DNA of 64,000 bases, taken from assembly GCA_042571085.1 (NCBI GenBank), contig JBHPGB010000003.1, positions 6,261-70,260 on the forward strand. Reading direction: 5' to 3'. Source of the DNA: Patescibacteria group bacterium (GTDB lineage: Bacteria; Patescibacteriota; Minisyncoccia; Phycocordibacterales; JBHPGB01). A model generated the notes under the pieces. It saw only the letters and a list, made by a program, of their open reading frames with translations, was not told the origin of the DNA and did not search any database. Shown here in pieces: positions 54,035 through 62,951 of this stretch. Each line of letters opens with the position of its first letter. The first letter of the stretch is position 1. Both the position numbers and the translations under genes were made by a program.

Positions 54035-55063
54035 TTACACCATCATGTACCTACCTTTGCTATCTTTCTGGAAATGTTTTGGATTTTGTAAGTTTACCAT
54101 TATTGTGTTTGGTTTTACGTATCGCTCGTTCAACACCTTTTCAATGATCTCATCTTTGTTGAGCGGACCATTTTTATCCAGTATTGCCGCGATTACGTCA
54201 CGTACTACACCACTAGCATATCCCCAGTCTGTAAGTGCGTATAATCCTCTTCCAACTAATACAAAACGAGAATCTTTTATAAGTTCATTGTGACAAGTCG
54301 CAGTGTGTGCTTTTTTGCCAAATGTGTCTTCGATAGATTTTGCAACTTCTGTGAAGTGCATTGGGCTTCCATGACGACGGATTACTAAAAAGGCATAATC
54401 TCGCATACCGCGTGCTTTTATGTTTGGAGATTCAGAAATTCCCCATTCACCAAGAGGGTTTTGTCCGATTTTCTTTGAAACATTCAACCAACGTTTTGCA
54501 ATTTCTTCATTCTTGTATTGTTCAGAAATATTTTTTAGATTTTCAAAAAACTTTGTAATCATGTCTCCTTCAGGAACAATATCTTCATCTGAAAGATTTT
54601 CGTACAATTTCTTAAGAGATGTTTGTACAGATTCAGCAACTTCATTATCTACGATCCAACGATGCTTAAAGTCAGCATCTTCTTTTTTCTTTGTGAATGG
54701 CGCACCAAGAACCAAAAATAGAGCAGCATGATTTTGTGTACTTTTGTCTTTAGAGATTTGCTCCAAAAGATCTTCTTCAGAAACGATACCTCCAAGAGAA
54801 GCGACTAATTCTTTCAACTCATCAAAAGTTCCAGTTTCTTTTTCATAGATATCCGACTTTCTTATGGTGTTGAGTGCGAAATTTTCAATTTGACGCACGC
54901 GCTCACGGGTAATACCGTAAATAGACCCGATTGCTTCGAGGGTCATTTTGTCCTCATTACTGAGGCCAAAACGCTTCGTGATGACGTCACGAGCACGTTC
55001 AGGAAGCACAGCGAGTAATCGCTTTGAGACCTGTTTTGGTTTAAATGAAATTGCTGTTGCCAT
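54035..55063 (-). CDS. Two-HTH protein: N-terminal sigma-70 region-4-like HTH plus C-terminal HARE-HTH-like domain
   Basis: ITRERVRQIENFAL (region 4.2-like) at the N-terminus; C-terminus MHFTEVAKSIE...DSRFVLVGRGLYALTDWGY resembles the RNAP delta N-terminal HARE-HTH. Confidence 0.5.
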   Translation of the reverse strand: MATAISFKPKQVSKRLLAVLPERARDVITKRFGLSNEDKMTLEAIGSIYGITRERVRQIENFALNTIRKSDIYEKETGTFDELKELVASLGGIVSEEDLLEQISKDKSTQNHAALFLVLGAPFTKKKEDADFKHRWIVDNEVAESVQTSLKKLYENLSDEDIVPEGDMITKFFENLKNISEQYKNEEIAKRWLNVSKKIGQNPLGEWGISESPNIKARGMRDYAFLVIRRHGSPMHFTEVAKSIEDTFGKKAHTATCHNELIKDSRFVLVGRGLYALTDWGYASGVVRDVIAAILDKNGPLNKDEIIEKVLNERYVKPNTIMVNLQNPKHFQKDSKGRYMMV

Positions 55064-55182
55064 AATTTTTGGTAATTAGAAGCCAGTATAGGCTTCGGTG
55101 AATAATGCTGAATGTCTTTTTTAATGTATAGTTTGTACAGAATATACTATATAGGTAATTATGTCAAGCCTTTCCAAAACGT

Positions 55183-57564
55183 CTAATTTGTGACGATACT
55201 CACTAGTTTGTTCGGTACACATATCACCTTTTTCACATCCTTTTCTTCGGTCCATTTTTTGACAGATTCAAGCTCTTGTGCCTCTTTTTTAACCATTTCC
55301 TCATTGCTATCTGCCTCGATTTCAAAGGTTCCTCGTATTTTTCCGTTCACTTGTACAGCGATCGTGACTGTCTTATCCATAGTCTTACTTTCATCGTATT
55401 CAGGCCATTCTTCAAGATGGATTGATGTGCTGTTTCCTAATTCCGCCCATAATTCTTCTGTTATGTGTGGTGCGAATGGAGCAAGTAATTTTAGAAAGTT
55501 TTTATATTGTGTTTGATTAATTTCTTGACGCTCAGCTTGATTCACAAAAATCATCATTTGTGCAATTGCTGTATTGAATTTCATTTGCTCAAGATCCTCA
55601 CCAACTTTTTTAATAGTTTGATTTAAAACAGTTTCAGCATTTGCCTCATCGGCATGTTCTGATGTCTTATCCTTCAGCTTCCACACACGTTCCAAAAATC
55701 GATATGTCCCAACAATGTTATCTTCTTTCCACATAACGTCTTCTTCAAGCGGGCCTGCAAACATCATATACATACGCACTGCGTCAGCACCAAATTTTTC
55801 TACCATTGTCTCTGGATTCACAACATTACCTTTAGACTTACTCATTTTCTTTCCTTTCTCATCTAGGACCATTCCTTGGTGTCTTAGTTTCAAAAACGGT
55901 TCGTCAAAATTAAGTACCCCGATTTTATTAAGTGCTTTAGTAATAAATCGTGCATACAAAAGATGCATATATGTATGCTCCGCCCCACCGATATATGTAT
56001 CCACAGGTAGCCAGTGTTTGAGCCTCTCTTTTCCACAAAATTCTTTTTCATTGTGCGGATCAGGATATCTCAAATAATACCAAGATGAACATACAAATGT
56101 ATCTAGAGTATCAACCTCTGGTGTCCACCCTTCACCAAATATTTTTTCAGTGCGATCAAAAAGCTCTTTTGATTTTGCCAGTGGTGCTGTACCTGTTGGC
56201 ACAAAATCAACATCCTCTGGCAAAAGCCACGGCAGATTTTCTTCACCGACAAATTTTGCCTCACCTTCTGGAGAATACACAATCGGAATCGGCGCTCCCC
56301 AATATCTTTGACGTGAAATAGACCAGTCACGAAGGCGGTATGTATTTGTTAATTCCCCGCCTACAAATTCGGTGATTTCTTTTTTGGCTTCAACAACACT
56401 CTTTCCGTCAAATTTGCCAGAATTAATTAGTTCCCCGTCACCAACGTACGCTTCTTTTGATATATCCCCGCCAGAAATAACCTCCGTAATTGGTAAATCA
56501 AACTTCTTTGCAAACTCAAAATCACGTTCATCGTGTGCTGGCACGGCCATAATTGCCCCTGTTCCGTATCCAGCAAGCACGTAATCAGCAATAAAAATTG
56601 GTATTTCTTCTTGATTAGCAGGATTTATTGCTTTCACACCTTTTAATTCAACTCCAGTTTTTTCTTTTCCTTCCATTCTTTCTAGTTCAGTCTTTTTCTG
56701 TACACCTTCAAGATATTTTTCAACCTCACCCCAGTTTTCAATAGTTTCTTTGAGCCCTTGTACTAATTCATGTTCAGGCGCAAGCACACAGTAAGTACAG
56801 CCAAACAAAGTATCTGGTCTTGTAGTAAACACTTCCATTTCTTTGTCAGTATTTGAAACTTTGAATTTTAATTTTGCTCCCTCCGATTTTCCTATCCAGT
56901 TTTTTTGATTTACCTTTGTATGTTCTGGCCAGTCCACCTTACCCAGTCCATCGATTAAGTCATCAGCGAAATCAGTGATTTTGAAAAACCATCCGGGCAC
57001 TTCTTTCATTACCACTTCACTTTTACAGCGCTCGCACGCACCATCTTCCACCTGCTCATTAGCAAGAATTGTTTTACAGGATTCACACCAGTTTGTAAGA
57101 CTAGTTTTTTTGTATGCCAGATTGTTTTCAAAGAGTTGAGCAAATATCCACTGTGTCCATTCATAATACTCAGGGTTTGATGTCACTACCTTCTCATCGA
57201 AATCATAATTAAAGCCAAGAGACCTCATTTGTTTAATATAGTTTTCAATATTTTTTACAGTGGTTTCTTTTGGGTGTACTTTTGTTTTTATCGCATAATT
57301 TTCTGCAGGTAAACCAAAAGAGTCAAAACCTTGCGGATGGAGCACATTAAAGCCATTCATTTTTTTATAGCGGTAATAAATATCACTCGCAGCATAACTT
57401 TCTGTGTGGCCCATATGTAGTCCGTCTCCAGATGGATATGGGAACATATCAAGTAAATAATACTTTTCTTTTGAAGTGTCATCTTTATCGATTTTTGCAA
57501 CAGTATCCTTCTCCCATTCCTTCTGCCACCTTTCCTCTATTTTTTTATGATTATATTCTTTCAT
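55183..57564 (-). CDS. leuS: Leucyl-tRNA synthetase
   Basis: 793 aa; HMGH and KMSKS motifs; CP1 editing domain. Confidence 0.9.
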   Translation of the reverse strand: MKEYNHKKIEERWQKEWEKDTVAKIDKDDTSKEKYYLLDMFPYPSGDGLHMGHTESYAASDIYYRYKKMNGFNVLHPQGFDSFGLPAENYAIKTKVHPKETTVKNIENYIKQMRSLGFNYDFDEKVVTSNPEYYEWTQWIFAQLFENNLAYKKTSLTNWCESCKTILANEQVEDGACERCKSEVVMKEVPGWFFKITDFADDLIDGLGKVDWPEHTKVNQKNWIGKSEGAKLKFKVSNTDKEMEVFTTRPDTLFGCTYCVLAPEHELVQGLKETIENWGEVEKYLEGVQKKTELERMEGKEKTGVELKGVKAINPANQEEIPIFIADYVLAGYGTGAIMAVPAHDERDFEFAKKFDLPITEVISGGDISKEAYVGDGELINSGKFDGKSVVEAKKEITEFVGGELTNTYRLRDWSISRQRYWGAPIPIVYSPEGEAKFVGEENLPWLLPEDVDFVPTGTAPLAKSKELFDRTEKIFGEGWTPEVDTLDTFVCSSWYYLRYPDPHNEKEFCGKERLKHWLPVDTYIGGAEHTYMHLLYARFITKALNKIGVLNFDEPFLKLRHQGMVLDEKGKKMSKSKGNVVNPETMVEKFGADAVRMYMMFAGPLEEDVMWKEDNIVGTYRFLERVWKLKDKTSEHADEANAETVLNQTIKKVGEDLEQMKFNTAIAQMMIFVNQAERQEINQTQYKNFLKLLAPFAPHITEELWAELGNSTSIHLEEWPEYDESKTMDKTVTIAVQVNGKIRGTFEIEADSNEEMVKKEAQELESVKKWTEEKDVKKVICVPNKLVSIVTN

Positions 57565-57680
57565 CCCGTTAGAGATAGGAAATAAAATTTCCGTATCTGA
57601 CTAATTATTAATTCTTTATGTATGGATATTTTACTTAATTCCCGTAGTGTCATAAAAAACAGTCTGGATCTTTAACGGGA
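57564..57680 (-). mobile_element. TIR element copy D (117 bp); TIRs TCCCGTTAGAGAT / ATCTTTAACGGGA; TTCA direct repeats; abuts the leuS start codon
   Basis: Read directly from the sequence. Confidence 0.55.
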
Positions 57681-57705
57681 TTCATTTGTTTAAATAATAC
57701 CACGC

Positions 57706-57733
57706 AAAAGCGCCGTGTTCAAACGGCGCTTTT
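57706..57733. terminator. Bidirectional terminator AAAAGCGCCG tgttcaaa CGGCGCTTTT
   Basis: 10-bp stem including A/T. Confidence 0.8.
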
Positions 57734-57764
57734 GTCTCCTCATATTTATTAATTTAAAAGTTTT

Positions 57765-58355
57765 TTATTTGAACTTTTTAATTCCAATGTATATCAGTGC
57801 TGCCAATGCAATTCCTAGAATAATCACTCTTAAGTAATCGTCCATCGCAGACCAGTAACGCATTGTACCTATGATTAATGATAAGATACCAGCAAATGAC
57901 AATCCTAATGATACTGCTTCATATGCTGCCACAAAGAATGATCCAATTATGAGTATTACACCAAGTATTACCAATATTACAAACACATTTCTTTCATATA
58001 ATTCTCTTGCATCTTGATATTCTTGCCTACAAGTGTAATCAGGGTCACAATACCCTTCACGCTCTGTTTCAATTACAGGAATGTCAACAACACCCTCTCC
58101 ACGAGGAATTCCTCTTTGTATGTATTTATCGTCTGTCCACTGTCCTCCAACTTCCAAACAACTTTCTTTTGTTTCAGGAATTACACGAACTTGCTTTTCT
58201 TCACAAAAACCAGTGTATTCAGGCTCCGGATAAAATACTTGTATTACATAGGCAAAGAAAAGATTTGTCACAATTACAATTCCCAAAATTAGCCCCCATT
58301 TAAGAATTGCGGACGTTCTTTTTTTCTTTTGCACTTCTTCATTTTGATAGTCCAT
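57765..58355 (-). CDS. Hypothetical membrane protein (196 aa)
   Basis: TM helices at both ends. Confidence 0.4.
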   Translation of the reverse strand: MDYQNEEVQKKKRTSAILKWGLILGIVIVTNLFFAYVIQVFYPEPEYTGFCEEKQVRVIPETKESCLEVGGQWTDDKYIQRGIPRGEGVVDIPVIETEREGYCDPDYTCRQEYQDARELYERNVFVILVILGVILIIGSFFVAAYEAVSLGLSFAGILSLIIGTMRYWSAMDDYLRVIILGIALAALIYIGIKKFK

Positions 58356-58399
58356 AATAAATAAAATATTTAACTTATATTGCTTATATTATATAACAT

Positions 58400-58711
58400 T
58401 TGACTAAAATAATAAAAGGGTTAGTATTTGATTGGGTAAAAATTAGGAGATATGTCGTGGACATGATCACAATTAATCTATGGTTAGACTTGGTTCTTGG
58501 GGGTATTCTTTCTATTTATTTAGCCGGAGCCACTTATTGTGGCTTCTGTATACACAAAAGCAAGATGCTTCACCAGGACCAAGGATTCTATCAATGGGTC
58601 CAGTATGCTTTACTGATTGCTACTTGGTGTTTTGCAGTTGTGTCGGTTTTCTTTGCGTACAAAAGCATGAATGCTCTCTTATTACTATTTATACAATCGT
58701 TGTATAACTAA
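58400..58711 (+). CDS. Hypothetical small membrane protein (103 aa)
   Basis: ORF; 2-3 TM. Confidence 0.35.
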   Translation: MTKIIKGLVFDWVKIRRYVVDMITINLWLDLVLGGILSIYLAGATYCGFCIHKSKMLHQDQGFYQWVQYALLIATWCFAVVSVFFAYKSMNALLLLFIQSLYN

Positions 58712-58729
58712 TAAATTTTTCCAGTTTGG

Positions 58730-58760
58730 AAAAAATCGGCCGATTTATCGGCCGATTTTC
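58730..58760. terminator. Bidirectional terminator AATCGGCCGAT ttat CGGCCGATT with A/T runs
   Basis: Perfect palindrome. Confidence 0.8.
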
Positions 58761-58762
58761 TT

Positions 58763-59887
58763 TTAAATTTTAAATTCCACAACATCACCGTCTTTCACTA
58801 TATATTCTTTCCCCTCCGTTCGTATCAGACCCTTATCACGAGCGGCGGAATGTGATCCTGAATCAAGTAGGTCTTGCCAATTGATTATTTCTGCACGTAT
58901 AAACTTATCTTTAAAATCTGTGTGAATTGCCATACCAGCCACTGGAGCAGTTGAATCTTTTTTGATTGTCCACGCACGCGATTCTTCTTGGCCTGTTGTG
59001 AAGTACGTCATGAGTCCAAGAAGGTCGTAACTTGTGCGAATCAAATCATCCACACCGTCAGACCCCTCTTCTGCGCCAAGCTCTTTTCTGAATTCTACTC
59101 GATCGTCTTTTTCTAATCCTGAAAGTTCACCTTCAACTCCAGCATCAACGATAACAAATTTTGAATCTGTTTCTTTGAAAAATTCCATCAGTTTTTGCCA
59201 TTGCTCACCTTGCGTCTCATCTAGGTTTTTTGCTCCAGCTTTTTTATTAAATACATACAAAATGGGTTTCATTGTAAGCAAGTGTAACCCTTTCATAATT
59301 TCAAGCTCTTGTTCAGTATATTCTAGTGAGTTTGCAAGTTTACCAGCATCGAGTGCGATCTCGACTTTTTTCAATACTTCTTTTTCTGCAATCGCTTCTT
59401 TGTCTCCCCTTTTCACATCTTTCTCAATATTTGCTGAGCGTTTTGAAACAGTTTGAAAGTCTGCGAGTATAAGCTCAAGATTAATTACCTCAATATCTCG
59501 CATTGGATCTATACTCCCGTCTACATGTGTAATTTCTCCATCGTCAAAAATACGCACCATTTCAGCAATAGCATCAACTTCTCGCACATTAGATAGAAAT
59601 TTATTCCCAAGACCTTCTCCAGCCGAAGCGCCTTTTACAAGCCCTGCAATATCCACAAATTCAATTGCGGCTGGAATGGTTTTTTCTGAATTAGAAAAGC
59701 TGCTTAGCTTAGTTAGTCGTTCATCAGGCACGGCAACAACGCCCACGGATGGATCAATGGTACAAAATGGGTAATTTTCAGCTGGCACAGACTTTTCTGT
59801 GAGAGCATTGAATAATGTTGATTTGCCTACATTTGGCAGGCCGACAATTCCTATAGATAACATGGCAGTAGTATACCCAGCACTCAA
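58763..59887 (-). CDS. ychF: Ribosome-binding ATPase YchF (true start likely the ATG at about 59863, [11 protein letters not shown]; the track's upstream extension is the translated hairpin)
   Basis: G1 [12 protein letters not shown]; C-terminal TGS domain. Confidence 0.9.
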   Translation of the reverse strand: MSAGYTTAMLSIGIVGLPNVGKSTLFNALTEKSVPAENYPFCTIDPSVGVVAVPDERLTKLSSFSNSEKTIPAAIEFVDIAGLVKGASAGEGLGNKFLSNVREVDAIAEMVRIFDDGEITHVDGSIDPMRDIEVINLELILADFQTVSKRSANIEKDVKRGDKEAIAEKEVLKKVEIALDAGKLANSLEYTEQELEIMKGLHLLTMKPILYVFNKKAGAKNLDETQGEQWQKLMEFFKETDSKFVIVDAGVEGELSGLEKDDRVEFRKELGAEEGSDGVDDLIRTSYDLLGLMTYFTTGQEESRAWTIKKDSTAPVAGMAIHTDFKDKFIRAEIINWQDLLDSGSHSAARDKGLIRTEGKEYIVKDGDVVEFKI

Positions 59888-59918
59888 CTATTTTGCAAAG
59901 CAAAATAGTTGAGTGCTG
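59872..59918 (-). promoter_or_regulatory. 22-bp perfect palindrome ACCCAGCACTCAACTATTTTGC aaa GCAAAATAGTTGAGTGCTGGGT immediately upstream of ychF, overlapping a TTGATA-17-TATACC promoter at 59919..59947
   Basis: Perfect inverted repeat read directly from the sequence. Confidence 0.5.
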
Positions 59919-60044
59919 GGTATATGGTATTAAGTATTAGGTATCAAGTGTCACATTGACACATTATCAGAGTTATTATAGTGTAATCATGGAAGTTCAG
60001 AGATGTCAATTTGTTTATAATTATTACACAGAGGGGAATTTGGT

Positions 60045-60164
60045 ATGAGAACAGCATTTGGTTTTGGATGGTTTAAAGGTCATGAAGTCAAATCAGGAAG
60101 AGGGTGGCTTTGGGCAGTTGGTGTTATTGTCGCTGTGATAATTGGCATATGTTTGCCATGGTAA
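60045..60164 (+). CDS. Candidate 39-aa hydrophobic peptide (MRTAFGFGWFKGHEVKSGRGWLWAVGVIVAVIIGICLPW)
   Basis: GAGGGG 8 nt upstream; one TM; below the track's ORF cutoff. Confidence 0.25.
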   Translation: MRTAFGFGWFKGHEVKSGRGWLWAVGVIVAVIIGICLPW

Positions 60165-60179
60165 GTATTTTTTAAACGC

Positions 60180-60521
60180 ATGATTCTTCATGCCTCAAAT
60201 AAAGGGTGTCTGAAAATGGACAAAAAAGCCAGAAGAACCATCCTTGATAATGTTTTGGGTGAACTAGAGGACGCATTTAAAGAACTTTCAATATACAGAG
60301 ATGACTATAAAACGTGTCCAAAAAACGCATTGGTTGGCAAGCAAAATGCTGTCAGGGCGTTTCTACGTATTTTGAAGGGTGTGGACTTTGTAGATACTGA
60401 CAAAAGATACATATCCAAGCGACTCAATGAAATGAAAAAGTTTAACATTGAGTGGACTGGTGTATATACTTTGTTGGTATGTTTAATAGAAGAAATGGAG
60501 GCTTGGCCAGCAGAAGACTAG
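60180..60521 (+). CDS. Hypothetical protein (113 aa; may start at MDKKARR, 60216)
   Basis: ORF followed by a terminator. Confidence 0.4.
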   Translation: MILHASNKGCLKMDKKARRTILDNVLGELEDAFKELSIYRDDYKTCPKNALVGKQNAVRAFLRILKGVDFVDTDKRYISKRLNEMKKFNIEWTGVYTLLVCLIEEMEAWPAED

Positions 60522-60542
60522 TACTCAACTATGTTGATCAAA

Positions 60543-60585
60543 AACCCCTCTCACGAAATGTGGGTGGGGCTTTTTCTTTTTTGGA
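60543..60585 (+). terminator. Terminator AACCCCTCTCAC gaaat GTGGGTGGGG + CTTTTT (stem with G-U pairs)
   Basis: Hairpin plus T-run. Shares a CCCCTCTCAC core with the hairpin at 42966..42996. Confidence 0.6.
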
Positions 60586-60613
60586 TAAGCAACATGTTAT
60601 AATACACTCATGC

Positions 60614-60715
60614 ATCCCGTTAGAAATTTTTGTTTCTTTCTACTCCATCAAGATTTACCATTGGGTTTAACGGGTTCACTTATTAAAAAATTATAAATAT
60701 AAAATTTCTAACGGG
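60614..60715 (+). mobile_element. TIR element copy E (divergent, inverted orientation): 15-bp TIRs TCCCGTTAGAAATTT / AAATTTCTAACGGGA, with an internal TIR-like GGTTTAACGGG; abuts the start codon of the plus-strand BASS-like gene
   Basis: Flanks tgca / tgaa; the terminal A plus TG again rebuilds the ATG. Confidence 0.45.
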
Positions 60716-61648
60716 ATGAAAATTTTAAAAACAATTAGAAAATTTACTGAAAATCATTTCATTATTGTTGGCTTGGCTTTAGTACTCGGTGTTTTATATG
60801 GAAACTATTTAGCTCAATATGCATATTTGAGTACCACATTACTTGCGGCTATTTTCTTTTTGAGTTCACTTAAGATTGATTTGAAGAAAGTGAGACAGTA
60901 TTTAGGAGATAAATTAGTGCTTGCTATAGTAAACATATTCATGCTTTTTATTTTGCCTGTTGCTGTTTATTACGTAACAAATGCAATATATCCGACACTT
61001 GCAATCGCATTTCTTTTGCTTGCAGCAATGCCAGCGGGAATGACAGCACCACTTCTTGCAGAGATTAGTGGAGGTAAACAAAGCTTAGCTCTTGTGCTGA
61101 CAGTTACAACTTCACTCTTAGCACCAATTACTGCACCATTCATAATTAAAACAGTTGCCGGTGCGCAAGTTGATGTAAGTTTTTGGGCAATGTTTACCAC
61201 TTTGGCTATTGTGATTTACATTCCATTTATTTTTGCTCAGATTATCAAACGATTTTGGCAGCGTGCAATTGATAAAGTCGCGATTTCATTCAAACCAATT
61301 TCTGTAATTTTGCTCGGACTTTTAATTATGGTTGTAATTGCAAAACAATCCGACGCAATTATAGATGGATTCAAAAACGGCGATGAATCAATAATATATC
61401 TTGTCGCCCTATTTATTTTCTTTTTGATACTACATGTTCTCGGCCACATAACTTCCTTTTGGAAAAAAAGAGACGAACGCATCACGATCACCGTGTGCCT
61501 CACATATATGAACTTCACACTTGCTATAGAATTGGCCAATAAATTCTTCACAGAGCCTAATATTGTAATACCGGTCGTGTTCTCAGTGATACCGTGGGCG
61601 ATTATGCTTATTCCATATAAACGCATCATGCAAAAAAAGACCAGTTAA
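60716..61648 (+). CDS. BASS-family (bile acid:Na+ symporter-like) membrane transporter
   Basis: 310 aa; about 9-10 TM; size and topology typical of this family. Confidence 0.5.
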   Translation: MKILKTIRKFTENHFIIVGLALVLGVLYGNYLAQYAYLSTTLLAAIFFLSSLKIDLKKVRQYLGDKLVLAIVNIFMLFILPVAVYYVTNAIYPTLAIAFLLLAAMPAGMTAPLLAEISGGKQSLALVLTVTTSLLAPITAPFIIKTVAGAQVDVSFWAMFTTLAIVIYIPFIFAQIIKRFWQRAIDKVAISFKPISVILLGLLIMVVIAKQSDAIIDGFKNGDESIIYLVALFIFFLILHVLGHITSFWKKRDERITITVCLTYMNFTLAIELANKFFTEPNIVIPVVFSVIPWAIMLIPYKRIMQKKTS

Positions 61649-61741
61649 CATTTGTTGGTATTATAATCAAACGTACTTTTCCCTGTATCTGACAATATAT
61701 TTTTTGAAAAATTCTCTTACAAAGATTTGGGTTATCCACAG

Positions 61742-61813
61742 TCCCAAGACCGTCTTGGGAAACCCTTGTTTTTCAACGTAAAATACGGCTCAACTGGGTT
61801 GAGCCGTATTTTA
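61742..61813. terminator. Two tandem hairpins between convergent genes: CCCAAGA ccg TCTTGGG, and GGCTCAAC-family AAATACGGCTCAAC tgg GTTGAGCCGTATTT
   Basis: Read directly from the sequence. Confidence 0.6.
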
Positions 61814-61820
61814 TTTGTTT

Positions 61821-62405
61821 TTATTTCCCCTTTTTACCTAATCCGTACACCTTTTTCTTCCAATAATCTAGTCGTTCTTTTGGCAATTTCTCTACAGGGC
61901 CGAATTTGTATACATATATTGGTGATATTCCAGCAAAGCCCAAAATACTTTTTCGTAGTGCCCTACTACTATCTCCAAATAGTAATCTTGCTTGCCACGG
62001 AGTAGTATTTAAAGTAACAAAGATTGAAGCAGACCGGTCTTTCAAAAGTTTTCTCCAACCAGAACCATCTTTTTTGAATTTAAAAGCAAAGCCAGGTAAA
62101 AACATTCTTTCCCACATACCTTTAAATATTGCCGGCATACCTCCCCACCAATTTGGGTAAAAAATTGCAATGTGATTAGCCCATTTAATTAAATTTTGCA
62201 AACGCAATAGATCTGGCTCTAGTTCCTGAATAATTTTATAGCCATGATGCAAAATTGGATCAAATTGCATTTCAGAAACATTTATCCTTTTTACATTGTG
62301 TCCAGCATCCCTAGCTCCCTTTTCATATTTATCAGCAAGAGCCCCATAGTATGTGGAGCTATCGCCTTGACCGAGAATTATTAATACGTTTTTACTTTTA
62401 TTCAT
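61821..62405 (-). CDS. Flavodoxin-like fold NAD(P)H-dependent quinone/FMN reductase (KefF/KefG/MdaB-like)
   Basis: 194 aa; N-terminal VLIILGQGDSSTYYGALA flavodoxin-like motif. Confidence 0.6.
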   Translation of the reverse strand: MNKSKNVLIILGQGDSSTYYGALADKYEKGARDAGHNVKRINVSEMQFDPILHHGYKIIQELEPDLLRLQNLIKWANHIAIFYPNWWGGMPAIFKGMWERMFLPGFAFKFKKDGSGWRKLLKDRSASIFVTLNTTPWQARLLFGDSSRALRKSILGFAGISPIYVYKFGPVEKLPKERLDYWKKKVYGLGKKGK

Positions 62406-62668
62406 AATATTTTTTTATCCTTATAGTACAAGGACAGACCAAGTACGAGCCACGAACCTATAATACCGACGATAAAACTTAATATGATCGGCAAATCATT
62501 TATGTATACGCCATACAATGTCCATACGAATGTCCCGACACTAAATATTCCATAAGTGAATAGTGATACATCTCTAGCAGACTTTGTTTTCCATATTTTA
62601 TATGCCTGTGGAAAATAACCAACAGACATCAAAACTCCCATAAATGTAACAAATATTTCCAAATGCAT
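62402..62668 (-). CDS. SemiSWEET (PQ-loop) sugar transporter
   Basis: 88 aa, 3 TM; FPQAYKIWKTKSARDVS PQ motif and DLPIIL, closely matching bacterial SemiSWEETs. Confidence 0.75.
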   Translation of the reverse strand: MHLEIFVTFMGVLMSVGYFPQAYKIWKTKSARDVSLFTYGIFSVGTFVWTLYGVYINDLPIILSFIVGIIGSWLVLGLSLYYKDKKIL

Positions 62669-62681
62669 GATATTGATTTGT

Positions 62682-62903
62682 CTAAACTATCCCCTTGAGT
62701 TCATTTTGATATCTTCCCATCACCTCCATTGTAGCAGCCATTTGATCTTTCCCTTTCTTCATTTCTGCTTGAATTTCAACAGCTATTTTTTGAAAGAGTT
62801 CTGGATGCTCTGTCACGATTTTTAAAATTTTTTCTTGCTGGTCTTCCGGCACATCCTTTAGCTGGCTTTTAATCATCTTTTTAAGTAGTAGATTTTTTAA
62901 CAT
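62682..62903 (-). CDS. Hypothetical protein (73 aa)
   Basis: ORF only. Confidence 0.35.
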   Translation of the reverse strand: MLKNLLLKKMIKSQLKDVPEDQQEKILKIVTEHPELFQKIAVEIQAEMKKGKDQMAATMEVMGRYQNELKGIV

Positions 62904-62951
62904 GATATTTTAACTTACATAAACTTATTAAGTTTAAATATTGTACCATAA

